Source: Clostridiales bacterium (GTDB taxonomy: Bacteria; Bacillota; Clostridia; Saccharofermentanales; Saccharofermentanaceae). Taken from it: a stretch of DNA of 27,290 bases. Of the stretch, positions 18,628-27,144 are shown in pieces. Each line of letters starts with the position of its first letter. Positions within the stretch are counted from its first letter, which is position 1. The notes beneath the pieces are model-generated. The model saw nothing but the letters and a program-made list of their open reading frames with translations. It was not told where the DNA came from and did no database searches. Position numbers and translations under genes: made by a program. Location: NCBI GenBank assembly GCA_017513085.1, contig JAFWDK010000002.1, positions 1 through 27,290 on the forward strand, read 5' to 3'.

Positions 18628-19167
18628 ATGGCAGAAGAGCGTGCACCATATGAGGCGAAGTGGTATGATGTGCATACCTATTCGGGATATGAGAATAAAG
18701 TAAAGAGCACTCTGGAAGCGGTGATTGAGAACCGCGGGCTTCAGGAGATGATCCAGGAAGTATCCATTCCGATCGACGAGAGTGTCGAGGTAAAGGATGG
18801 AAAGAAGAAGGTAACTCAGAAGAAGCGTTATCCGGGTTATGTTCTGATCAAGATGGTCTACACAGAGGAGATCTGGTACATTGTTCGTAACACACGCGGT
18901 GTTACCGGATTTGTCGGACCGAATGCCAATAAGCCGCAGCCTCTTTCGGATGAAGAGCTTGCACTTATGGGATTGGAATCCAGTTGGGTTCCGTCTGTGG
19001 ATTACGAGATCGGCGATTCCGTAAGAATCATTTCCGGTCCTTTCTCCGATTGCGTTGGCGTCGTAGAGGAAGTCAATCTCGAGAAGCACATGGTTCGTGT
19101 ACGTATCTCGATGTTTGGTCGTGAAACACCTGTAGAACTTGATTTCACTCAGGTTGTACGTGTGTAA
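18628..19167 (+). CDS. nusG: Transcription elongation factor NusG
   Basis: HTYSGYENKVK, PGYVLI, VRNTRGVTGFVG, KOW region GPF...MFGRETPVELDF. Confidence 0.98.
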   Translation: MAEERAPYEAKWYDVHTYSGYENKVKSTLEAVIENRGLQEMIQEVSIPIDESVEVKDGKKKVTQKKRYPGYVLIKMVYTEEIWYIVRNTRGVTGFVGPNANKPQPLSDEELALMGLESSWVPSVDYEIGDSVRIISGPFSDCVGVVEEVNLEKHMVRVRISMFGRETPVELDFTQVVRV

Positions 19168-19260
19168 TAACTTTGCTTATCCATCTCTTCGGAGATGAAA
19201 AATATGACCGGTCCGGGGTAAGACGGAACGGATAGAAATTATTTTGGGAGGTGGCCGCAA

Positions 19261-19689
19261 ATGGCTAAAAAAGTTGTAGGGTACGTAAAACTTCAGATCC
19301 CTGCAGGCAAAGCAACACCAGCGCCGCCGGTAGGACCAGCTCTTGGACAGCACGGACTTAACATTGCCCAGTTTGTTAAAGAGTTTAATGAAAGAACAGC
19401 AAAGGATGCAGGTCTGATCATTCCTGTTATCATCACAGTTTATGCTGACCGTTCTTATTCTTTCATTACAAAGACTCCGCCGGTACCGGTACTGCTTAAG
19501 AAAGCTTGCAACATTGAGAAGGCTTCCGGTAAGCCGAACAAGGACAAGGTAGCAAAGATTTCTTTCTCGGAGTGCAAAAAGATCGCTGAGATCAAGATCG
19601 TTGATACAAATGCCGCAGACATTGACGCTTGTGCACGTATGGTAGCTGGTACTGCCAGAAGCATGGGTATCGTTGTTACTGAGGACTGA
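19261..19689 (+). CDS. rplK: 50S ribosomal protein L11
   Basis: [30 protein letters not shown]. Confidence 0.99.
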   Translation: MAKKVVGYVKLQIPAGKATPAPPVGPALGQHGLNIAQFVKEFNERTAKDAGLIIPVIITVYADRSYSFITKTPPVPVLLKKACNIEKASGKPNKDKVAKISFSECKKIAEIKIVDTNAADIDACARMVAGTARSMGIVVTED

Positions 19690-19706
19690 TTTGAAGGAGA
19701 GTTACT

Positions 19707-20396
19707 ATGAAAAGAGGAAAGAGATATACAGAGCTCGCTAAGCTCGTAGACAGATCTGTTTCTTACGATCCTTCCGAAGCAGTTCGTCTGGTTGTAGAAA
19801 CAGGTAAAGCTAAATTTGATGAGATGGTTGAACTTCACGTTCGTCTGGGTGTTGACTCCCGTCACGCTGACCAGCAGGTTCGTGGTGCAGTCGTTCTTCC
19901 TCATGGTACAGGTCGTACAAAGCGTGTACTCGTTATCGCTAAGGGCCCGAAGGCTGATGAAGCTCAGCAGGCCGGCGCAGAGTATGTTGGCGCTGAGGAA
20001 TACATCGACAAGATCGCTAACGAAAACTGGTTTGATTTCGACGCTTTGATCGCAACACCGGACATGATGCCTAAGCTCGGTCGTCTTGGTAAGGTTTTGG
20101 GTCCTAAGGGCTTGATGCCGACACCTAAGGCCGGTACAGTTACGATGGATGTAGCAAAAGCTGTTACAGATATCAAAGCCGGTAAGATCGAATACCGTCT
20201 CGATAAGACAAACATCATCCACTGCCCGATCGGAAAGGTTTCTTTTGGTCAGGAGAAGCTCGAAGAGAACTTCAAGACCATCATGGATGCCATCATCAAG
20301 GCAAAGCCGTCCGCTGCAAAGGGTCAGTACCTGAAGAATGTTTCGATCTGCGCGACAATGGGTCCTGGTATCCGTGTAAACGCTTCGAAGCTGTAA
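19707..20396 (+). CDS. rplA: 50S ribosomal protein L1
   Basis: [34 protein letters not shown]. Confidence 0.99.
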   Translation: MKRGKRYTELAKLVDRSVSYDPSEAVRLVVETGKAKFDEMVELHVRLGVDSRHADQQVRGAVVLPHGTGRTKRVLVIAKGPKADEAQQAGAEYVGAEEYIDKIANENWFDFDALIATPDMMPKLGRLGKVLGPKGLMPTPKAGTVTMDVAKAVTDIKAGKIEYRLDKTNIIHCPIGKVSFGQEKLEENFKTIMDAIIKAKPSAAKGQYLKNVSICATMGPGIRVNASKL

Positions 20397-20527
20397 TCTG
20401 ATCGAATCGCTTTTGCGATAAGAGATGATTCTTCATTTCGGGAAGGATGAAAGATCCTTCCAGGGGGTGTATCCGCTCCCTATCCGGAAGAATTCCGGAA
20501 CGGATATCTTAACTTAATAAAATATCC

Positions 20528-20646
20528 ACAGCTAAAGACAGCGGGAGAGCAATCGCAAACGAGTTATGTCGTCCCGCCGAGGTGAGGAATCATCCGTATC
20601 ATATTGATCACTTGATACCCCTCGCTTCAACTGCGTGGGGTATTTT
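20528..20646 (+). ncRNA. L10 leader (rplJ-rplL autogenous control RNA) with attenuator hairpin
   Basis: AAGACAGCGGG...CCCGCCGAGG kink-turn-like L10(L12)4 site upstream of rplJ; hairpin ATACCCCTCGC...GCGTGGGGTAT-TTT at 20615-20646. Confidence 0.85.
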
Positions 20647-20674
20647 AGTATCAATATAAGGAGGTAAAGACAAC

Positions 20675-21307
20675 ATGCCAAGTGAAAAGATTTTGGAAGC
20701 AAAGAAGAAAGTCGTTGCTGAGCTCGTCGCGAGCTACAAGGACGCTCAGTCTTTTGTTTTCGTTGACGCTCGTGGTCTGACTGTTGAGCAGGACACAAAC
20801 TTGCGTACTGAACTTCGTAAGAATGGCGTTCACTACAAAGTAGTTAAGAACACGACATTGAATCTGGTCTTCAAGGAATTGGGCATCGAGGGTCTCGAGG
20901 ATATGTTCAAGGGCCCGACAGCGGTTGCTTATTCCACAGAAGATCTCATCGCACCTGCTAAGGTAGTGAAGAAGTTTGCTGATGATTTCGAGAAGCTGAA
21001 CATTAAGGGCGGCATTATCGAAGGCAAAGTGGCAACTGTTGCAGAAGTCGAAGCTCTTGCTGCTGTACCGTCCAAGGATGTACTGCTCAGCCAGATCGTC
21101 TATGCATTGCTCTTCCCATTTACCAAGCTGGCTATGCTTACCAAGGCCGTTGCTGAAAAGCTCGAGTCTGAGGGTGGCGTAGAAGCTAAGGCAGAGGAAG
21201 CTGCTCCGGCTGAGGAAGCAGCTGCTCCGGCGGAAGAAGCCGCTCCGGCAGCAGAAGCTGAGCCGGTTGCCGTTGCTGCAGAAGCAACAGAAACACCTGC
21301 TGAGTAA
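20675..21307 (+). CDS. rplJ: 50S ribosomal protein L10
   Basis: RGLTV...LR..LR, VVKNT, GPTAVA, IKGG, PSKD.LLSQ; Ala/Glu/Pro C-terminal tail. Confidence 0.97.
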   Translation: MPSEKILEAKKKVVAELVASYKDAQSFVFVDARGLTVEQDTNLRTELRKNGVHYKVVKNTTLNLVFKELGIEGLEDMFKGPTAVAYSTEDLIAPAKVVKKFADDFEKLNIKGGIIEGKVATVAEVEALAAVPSKDVLLSQIVYALLFPFTKLAMLTKAVAEKLESEGGVEAKAEEAAPAEEAAAPAEEAAPAAEAEPVAVAAEATETPAE

Positions 21308-21366
21308 TATCAGCAAATTACTAGTTACGCCCGCGTGGCGATAAATAATTAATGGAGGAAATAAAA

Positions 21367-21747
21367 ATGGCTAGTGAAAAAATTACAAAGCTTCTCGAAG
21401 AAATCAAGACACTGTCCGTTATGGAACTGTTCGAGCTCGAGAAGGGTATCGAAGAAGAATTTGGCGTATCTGCAGCTGCTGTAGCAGTTGCTGCTCCGGC
21501 TGCCGGTGCTGCCGGTGATGCTGGTGCTGCTGCTCAGACAGAGTTCACAGTTAACCTCAAGAGCGCTGGTGCTCAGAAGATCGCTGTTATCAAGGTTGTT
21601 CGTGAGCTCACAGGTCTCGGCCTGAAGGAAGCTAAGGAACTCGTTGATGGTGCTCCGAAGGCAGTTAAAGAGAACGTTTCCAAGGAAGAGGCTGATGCAG
21701 CTGCTGCTAAGCTTCAGGAAGCTGGCGCTGAGGTTGAGATCAAGTAA
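21367..21747 (+). CDS. rplL: 50S ribosomal protein L7/L12
   Basis: EEFGVSAA, Ala-rich hinge, [27 protein letters not shown]; GGAGG before ATG 21367. Confidence 0.99.
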   Translation: MASEKITKLLEEIKTLSVMELFELEKGIEEEFGVSAAAVAVAAPAAGAAGDAGAAAQTEFTVNLKSAGAQKIAVIKVVRELTGLGLKEAKELVDGAPKAVKENVSKEEADAAAAKLQEAGAEVEIK

Positions 21748-21779
21748 TCTCTTCTTGCAAATAGCTTGAAACGAATTAT

Positions 21780-21812
21780 AAGAGATGTCTCCTACGAGGC
21801 ATCTCTTTTTTT
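21780..21812 (+). terminator. Rho-independent terminator after rplL
   Basis: AGAGATGTCTC-CTAC-GAGGCATCTCT followed by a T-run. Confidence 0.9.
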
Positions 21813-21915
21813 CGATAACAGGCTTCGTGGCCGTTGAGAACTTGCCTAATGAACAAGGATTTTTCCTAAGAGATGTGTTTATTATTCTGAACTGGCGAAA
21901 TATCTAAGAAACTTC

Positions 21916-21944
21916 TTGACATGAGAGCATTCTGCTGATAATAT
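21916..21944 (+). promoter_or_regulatory. Sigma-A promoter of the tRNA pair
   Basis: TTGACA-N17-TAATAT about 30 nt upstream of tRNA-Met. Confidence 0.72.
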
Positions 21945-21973
21945 TAAACGGCGTCGAAAAACGTGTGGTATAT

Positions 21974-22050
21974 GGCGGCATAGCTCAGTTGGCCAGAGCG
22001 TCCGGTTCATACCCGGCAGGTCGTAGGTTCAAATCCCACTGCCGCTACCA
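21974..22050 (+). tRNA. tRNA-Met (CAT), elongator type
   Basis: Cloverleaf with anticodon loop TTCATAC, G1-T72 pairing (no initiator C1:A72 mismatch, no 3 G-C anticodon pairs of initiator type), encoded CCA. Confidence 0.93.
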
Positions 22051-22057
22051 CTTATAC

Positions 22058-22132
22058 GGCCCGTTGGTCAAGCGGCTAAGACAACGCCCTTTCACGGCGT
22101 AGACAGGAGTTCGATTCTCCTACGGGTCACCA
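22058..22132 (+). tRNA. tRNA-Glu (TTC)
   Basis: GGCCCGTTGGTCAAGCGG...CTTTCAC...GTTCGATTC...GGGTCACCA. Confidence 0.96.
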
Positions 22133-22134
22133 GA

Positions 22135-22170
22135 AACTGCCTCAATTAAACCTGAGGCAGTTTTTCTTTT
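22135..22170 (+). terminator. Rho-independent terminator after the tRNAs
   Basis: AACTGCCTCA-N8-TGAGGCAGTT followed by TTTCTTTT. Confidence 0.88.
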
Positions 22171-22269
22171 ATTCTTCTTTTCATTTTACCTAATTCTTCT
22201 TATAATATTTCTAGTGCGACGAAAGTCGTGCACGGGGGAATTATTTTCATTCAAACGGAGGAGAAGACA

Positions 22270-24582
22270 ATGAAAAGAGTAGTAGCAGTCCTGTTGACTT
22301 GCGCGATGTTACTCGGAGCGACAGCTTGTAAGAATACGTCTTCTGAGACGACGGCGGATTCGTCCGTTTTAAGCTCGGATACGACAAGTGAAGCCACGAC
22401 GACAGCAAGTGAGACCACGACAGCGGCAACCACGAAGGAAACGGCAGCACCGCAGCATAGCCACACATCCGATGAGATGGTGGATGGTGCTTTGTCGATC
22501 GATGACCACTTTGATTTTGTGGAAGAATTCGACTGGGGTACATATACGGAAGGCGGTTCTTTTACCCTTGTAAACAAAGGCGGACAGATGGTGGCCACCA
22601 TATCCGATCCGGGTGAGAAGTGGCATGCCTGCCAAGTATATAAGGATGGCTTCCCGATCTATAAGGGAGCAGAGTATCAACTGGATTTCGATATCTATAG
22701 TGACATCGAGAGAACTTTTGAATGGCGTATCCAGCTCAATGGCGGCGACTACCATGCCTATTGCGGTAACGAGCATGAAGTCATGGGTACGGAGCCGACT
22801 CATATCACGGCGAAGTTCACGATGTACGAAAAGAGTGACGCAGCTCCGAGATTTGCTTTTAACCTCGGTGATCAGGGCGATTGTGAAGGGAAAGCACACA
22901 CTGTCTATATCGACAATGTAGTCCTTAAGATCCTCGATGCGTCTGCGGCTGAGGAGGTTGAACCACCGCCGGAGGCAAATCATGTGGCGATCAACCAGGT
23001 CGGTTATCAGCCGGATGACCTGAAGATGGTATATGTTTATACGAATCAGGATGAGACGTTCGACATCATCGACGTTGCCACAGACAAGTCCGTATATCAG
23101 GGCAAGTTCGGCGATCAGTTGAGATTCCGTGGCGGCGGAAGCTTCGTCACCGGCGGCGATTTTTCAGATTTCAAAGAACCCGGCACCTATGTGATCCGTA
23201 CGGCTACATATGGTGATTCATATCAGTTCACGATCAAGGATCATGTCTACGATGACGCGCTGAAGGCTTCGATCCTGATGCTCTATACACAGCGCTGCGG
23301 TTGCGAGGTCGGTTCCGGCCTGTCCGATGCGTATAAGGATTTCGCACATCCGGCATGTCACACACAGATCGCGAAGATCTACGGAACCAATGACACGATC
23401 GATGTTAGCGGCGGCTGGCATGATGCCGGTGACTACGGACGTTATGTGGTTCCGGGCGCGAAAGCTGTTGCCGATCTCATTATGACTTATGAAGATACGA
23501 ATTGCCTGATGGACGATGTAGGAATTCCGGAGAGCGGAAACGGTGTTCCGGATCTTCTGGACGAAGCCCGCTATGAACTCGAGTGGATGTTCAAGATGCA
23601 GGCCGAGAACGGCGGTGTGTACCATAAGGTAACCTGTGCGAACTTCCCGGCTACTGTACCGCCGCAGGAAGAAACAGAGGAGCTTCTGGTCCTCCCGATC
23701 TCTACCACGGCGACGGGTGATTTTGCTGCCGTTATGGCCAGAGCAGCTCTGGTCTATAAGCAGTTCGATGAGGAATTTGCGAATAAGTGCCTGGAAGCAG
23801 CGAAGAAAGCTTACGCTTATATGGAAGCTAATGCAGCTTCTGACACAGCAGGATTCCTGAATCCGGAAGATGTCTTTACCGGTGAGTATCCGGATGCGGT
23901 CAACACAGACGAATTCTTCTGGGCGGCTATGGAACTCTATCTTGCGACAGGTGAAGCTTCTTATCTTGATAAGGCAAAAGCACTGTACTACGATTCCATG
24001 GAGCTTGGTCTGGGCTGGATCGAGATGGGTCTTTACGGTATCCACGATTATCTGCTGGCAGATTCCGCTCTTAAGACCGATGCCGAGTTCGCTGACAAAC
24101 TGAAGAAGCGTGTTATGGATAAGGCTTCGGTGGATCATCTCGTGGCGAACCGTGAAGGATATATGTCCGCGATGGGTATGAACTATCCGTGGGGCAGTAA
24201 CCTTTCCGTCTGCAACAATGGTATCCTCTATAATCTGGCGGCCATGATCTCCGGTGAGAAGAAGTATGAGGAGCTTGCCAAGTATCAGGTCGACTACATC
24301 CTGGGCATGAATATCTGCGGATACAGCTTCCTGACCGGCTTCGGCGAGCATGCTTCGGAACATCCGCACCATCGTCCGTCCCAGTATGCGGAACATGCTG
24401 TACCGGGCATGGTCGTAGGCGGTCCGAACGGAACACCTGCCGATCCTTATGCATTGAGCCTTCTGACCGGTGAGTCTCCGGCGAAGTGCTACTGTGATAA
24501 CGACACAGCATATTCGATCAACGAGGTGGCGATCTACTGGAACTCTCCGTTTATCTATATCCTCGCGGTCAAAGCGAAATAA
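22270..24582 (+). CDS. Predicted lipoprotein GH9 cellulase (S/T linker-CBM4-Ig-GH9)
   Basis: Signal MKRVVAVLLTCAMLLGATAC; Thr/Ser linker; CBM4-like domain ending VYIDNV; Ig domain INQVGY; GH9 motifs GGWHDAGDY, PDLLDEARYELEW, HPHHR, YSINEVAIYWN; GGAGG RBS. Confidence 0.93.
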   Translation: MKRVVAVLLTCAMLLGATACKNTSSETTADSSVLSSDTTSEATTTASETTTAATTKETAAPQHSHTSDEMVDGALSIDDHFDFVEEFDWGTYTEGGSFTLVNKGGQMVATISDPGEKWHACQVYKDGFPIYKGAEYQLDFDIYSDIERTFEWRIQLNGGDYHAYCGNEHEVMGTEPTHITAKFTMYEKSDAAPRFAFNLGDQGDCEGKAHTVYIDNVVLKILDASAAEEVEPPPEANHVAINQVGYQPDDLKMVYVYTNQDETFDIIDVATDKSVYQGKFGDQLRFRGGGSFVTGGDFSDFKEPGTYVIRTATYGDSYQFTIKDHVYDDALKASILMLYTQRCGCEVGSGLSDAYKDFAHPACHTQIAKIYGTNDTIDVSGGWHDAGDYGRYVVPGAKAVADLIMTYEDTNCLMDDVGIPESGNGVPDLLDEARYELEWMFKMQAENGGVYHKVTCANFPATVPPQEETEELLVLPISTTATGDFAAVMARAALVYKQFDEEFANKCLEAAKKAYAYMEANAASDTAGFLNPEDVFTGEYPDAVNTDEFFWAAMELYLATGEASYLDKAKALYYDSMELGLGWIEMGLYGIHDYLLADSALKTDAEFADKLKKRVMDKASVDHLVANREGYMSAMGMNYPWGSNLSVCNNGILYNLAAMISGEKKYEELAKYQVDYILGMNICGYSFLTGFGEHASEHPHHRPSQYAEHAVPGMVVGGPNGTPADPYALSLLTGESPAKCYCDNDTAYSINEVAIYWNSPFIYILAVKAK

Positions 24583-24608
24583 CCAGGAAACCGATTAAGT
24601 AGAAAACA

Positions 24609-24645
24609 AGAAGCGGCGGTGCACGTAAGCGGTACCGCCGCTTCT
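24609..24645. terminator. GC-rich hairpin after the GH9 gene (terminator or 3' stabiliser)
   Basis: AGAAGCGGCGGTGC-N9-GTACCGCCGCTTCT 14-bp stem, but no T-tract on the + strand. Confidence 0.5.
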
Positions 24646-24763
24646 GCCTGTAACGAAAGGAAAGTTGCGTTCGGATTGCCGAAACGATGTAAAAATACAC
24701 GTGCCGAAGGTGTTTCGAAAGCAAGGTGAATGTGGAAATAAAACTTAAACATCTTTGAAATTC

Positions 24764-24772
24764 TGCTATAAT
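24764..24772 (+). promoter_or_regulatory. Extended -10 promoter element of the HD-GYP gene
   Basis: TGcTATAAT 55 nt upstream of the ATG; -35 element weak. Confidence 0.6.
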
Positions 24773-24827
24773 GACTGTAGGGTAAATGCCTCGTGGGGCA
24801 TCGATTTTTCGATGAAGGGGTAGGGTT

Positions 24828-26960
24828 ATGGATAGCGAATTATCATCTAAGAATAAGAAGCTGGGAAAAGTATTTTTGCGGTTGTTAGCGCTTTTGGGAG
24901 CGGGCATCACGCTTAATCTGGTTTTGTCGGAGCTCTCCTCCAAGATGGGGTGGCCGCTTTATCTGGATTCCGTCGGAACGGTCCTGACAGCTTTTATAGG
25001 CGGCAGCCTTCCGGGTATCGCAGTCGGGTATCTGACGAATATCATAAGAACAAGTCTTTTACACGATTCATCTTCCATATATTATGCAGCGCTGAATGTC
25101 ACGATCGCCGTGATTGCGTCGGGGTTCAGCCGGCGAGAACTGAAGAAGAAACATATCGTGCCTTTGATCCTCTGCCTGGCGGCAGTCGGTGGCGGATTGG
25201 GCTCGCTTCTGACCTGGTTCCTGTTTGGATTTGCGGGAGAAGGCGTGAGTGCGGATCTTGCAACAAAACTCTACAATATCGGACTTAAGAGCCATTTCTT
25301 TTCACAGATCTCTGCAGATTTCCTGATCGATATCGTGGATAAGACGATCACCGTTCTTTTGAGTGCTTTTACTTTCTGGGTGCTTCCGAAATCTTTTATC
25401 AAAAGCATGCATGTCTATGGTTGGCAGCAGACGCCGATGGAAACGGAGGAACTGGACAGCATTAATCAGACAGAGGTCCGCAAGATCTCTCTGCGTGCGA
25501 AACTTCTGCTTCTGGTTTCGATAGCTGTTACACTGGTCGCGGTGGTGGCGATCGGGATCGGATTTGTTCTCGACAGGCAGAATACGATCAATGACCATAC
25601 GAGTTTTGGTCAGGGGATCGTACAGCTGGAAAAGACATGTATCGATCCGGAGATGGTCAATACCTATATCGAGGAAGGTGAAGCGGCTCCGGGTTATCTT
25701 GAGACAAAAGAACTTCTTAACCGGATCTATCATTCTTCTCCGGATATCACGTTCCTTTATGTGTACCAGATCCGCCAGGATGGTTGTCATGTTGTCTTTG
25801 ATATGGATACAGAAGATGAACCGGGCGGCGCTCCGGGTGATGTGATCCCGTTTGACGAGTCTTTCTCTGAGCTTGTTCCGACGCTTCTGGCAGGACAGCC
25901 GATCGACCCGATCATCACGAATGATACATTCGGATGGCTTCTGACCATTTACGAACCGGTCTACGATAAGGCCGGCACCTGCGTCTGCTACGTGGCTGCA
26001 GATATCGCGATGATGCAGCTTGTCTCGAACACACAGATCTATCTGGCCAAGCAGGTTTCCTTGTTCCTCGGATTCTTCATCATGGTACTGGCGTTCAGCC
26101 TGTGGCTGGCGGACTATAACATCATTTATCCGTTGAACGCGATGAGCCATGGCGCCAGTGCTTTTGCCTTCACATCGACGCAGGAGAGAAACCAGAGCGT
26201 AGAGCGCATCAAGAGTCTTGATATCCATACGGGCGATGAGATCGAGAATCTTTATAATGCATATTCGCAAACGACAGAAGAGAGTATGCAGTATATGACG
26301 GATATAAGAAACAAGTCCAAGCAGATCGATAAACTTCAGGGCGGACTTTTGATGGTGCTGGCGGACATTATCGAGAGCCGTGACAAATGCACCGGTGACC
26401 ATATCCGTAAAACGGCCGAATACACGAAGATCATCCTGGAAAGGCTGAAGGAGAAGGGTGAATTTCCGGATAAACTGACCGATGAGTATATCGCGAATGT
26501 GGTCCGTGCGGCGCCGCTTCATGATATCGGCAAGATCAATGTGCCGGATGCGGTCCTCAATAAGCCGGGGCGGCTTACGGATGAAGAATTCAAGATCATG
26601 CAAGGGCATACGACGGCAGGTTTTGAGATCATTCTGCGTGCTATCGAGAATATGGATGAAAGCGGATACCTCCAGCAGGCGAAGCATATGGCGCATTCCC
26701 ACCATGAGAAATGGGACGGTTCCGGTTATCCGGATCACCTGGCCGGCGAGAAGATCCCGCTTTCCGCACGAGTCATGGCGGTGGCAGATGTTTTTGACGC
26801 GCTGGTGTCCAGAAGAAGCTACAAAGAACCATTCTCGATGGAGGATGCTTTACGCATTATCGAGGAGGGTGCCGGAAAACATTTTGATCCGCATATCGTA
26901 GCCGCATTTTTGGAAAGCAAAGAGAAGGTTCGTGCGGTCATGGAGATGTATGCCGAGTAG
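24828..26960 (+). CDS. Membrane HD-GYP cyclic-dinucleotide phosphodiesterase with N-terminal ECF S-component-like domain, extracellular sensor and HAMP
   Basis: ESRD..TGDH, LHDIGK, LNKPGRLT.EEF, HHEKWDGSGYP, IPLSAR..AVADVFDAL..RRSYK; about 8 hydrophobic helices in the N-terminal part. Confidence 0.9.
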   Translation: MDSELSSKNKKLGKVFLRLLALLGAGITLNLVLSELSSKMGWPLYLDSVGTVLTAFIGGSLPGIAVGYLTNIIRTSLLHDSSSIYYAALNVTIAVIASGFSRRELKKKHIVPLILCLAAVGGGLGSLLTWFLFGFAGEGVSADLATKLYNIGLKSHFFSQISADFLIDIVDKTITVLLSAFTFWVLPKSFIKSMHVYGWQQTPMETEELDSINQTEVRKISLRAKLLLLVSIAVTLVAVVAIGIGFVLDRQNTINDHTSFGQGIVQLEKTCIDPEMVNTYIEEGEAAPGYLETKELLNRIYHSSPDITFLYVYQIRQDGCHVVFDMDTEDEPGGAPGDVIPFDESFSELVPTLLAGQPIDPIITNDTFGWLLTIYEPVYDKAGTCVCYVAADIAMMQLVSNTQIYLAKQVSLFLGFFIMVLAFSLWLADYNIIYPLNAMSHGASAFAFTSTQERNQSVERIKSLDIHTGDEIENLYNAYSQTTEESMQYMTDIRNKSKQIDKLQGGLLMVLADIIESRDKCTGDHIRKTAEYTKIILERLKEKGEFPDKLTDEYIANVVRAAPLHDIGKINVPDAVLNKPGRLTDEEFKIMQGHTTAGFEIILRAIENMDESGYLQQAKHMAHSHHEKWDGSGYPDHLAGEKIPLSARVMAVADVFDALVSRRSYKEPFSMEDALRIIEEGAGKHFDPHIVAAFLESKEKVRAVMEMYAE

Positions 26961-27091
26961 TTTGGAGCATTCAGAACCACTTCCAGGCAGTTTCTTTTGG
27001 CGAAGTAGAAAGAAATATGGGGGTGTAAGACGCTGTTTTTTGGGTTTTTTGTTCAAATTATTTGAGAGAAACTAGGAATGTGCCAAAAATG

Positions 27092-27100
27092 TGGTACAAT
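27092..27100 (+). promoter_or_regulatory. Extended -10 element for the last gene
   Basis: TGgTACAAT 44 nt upstream of ATG 27145. Confidence 0.5.
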
Positions 27101-27144
27101 CATGCTGATTTTATTATGTGTGTAAACGAAGAAAGGAATAGATT

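Noticed and set aside
24646-24827. c-di-GMP riboswitch or SigI-type (AAA...CGAA) promoter upstream of the HD-GYP gene
   Set aside because: Several CGAA words and small hairpins occur, but the GEMM-I core motifs are not present on either strand and the AAA-CGAA spacings do not fit; an Rfam scan would settle it
25302-26738. 478-aa antisense ORF, and similar long minus-strand ORFs at 2278-3273, 12482-13615, 14737-15591, 15600-16583 and 23218-24396
   Set aside because: They shadow well-supported genes, have no motifs or RBS, and are expected when TTA/CTA/TCA codons are rare on the coding strand
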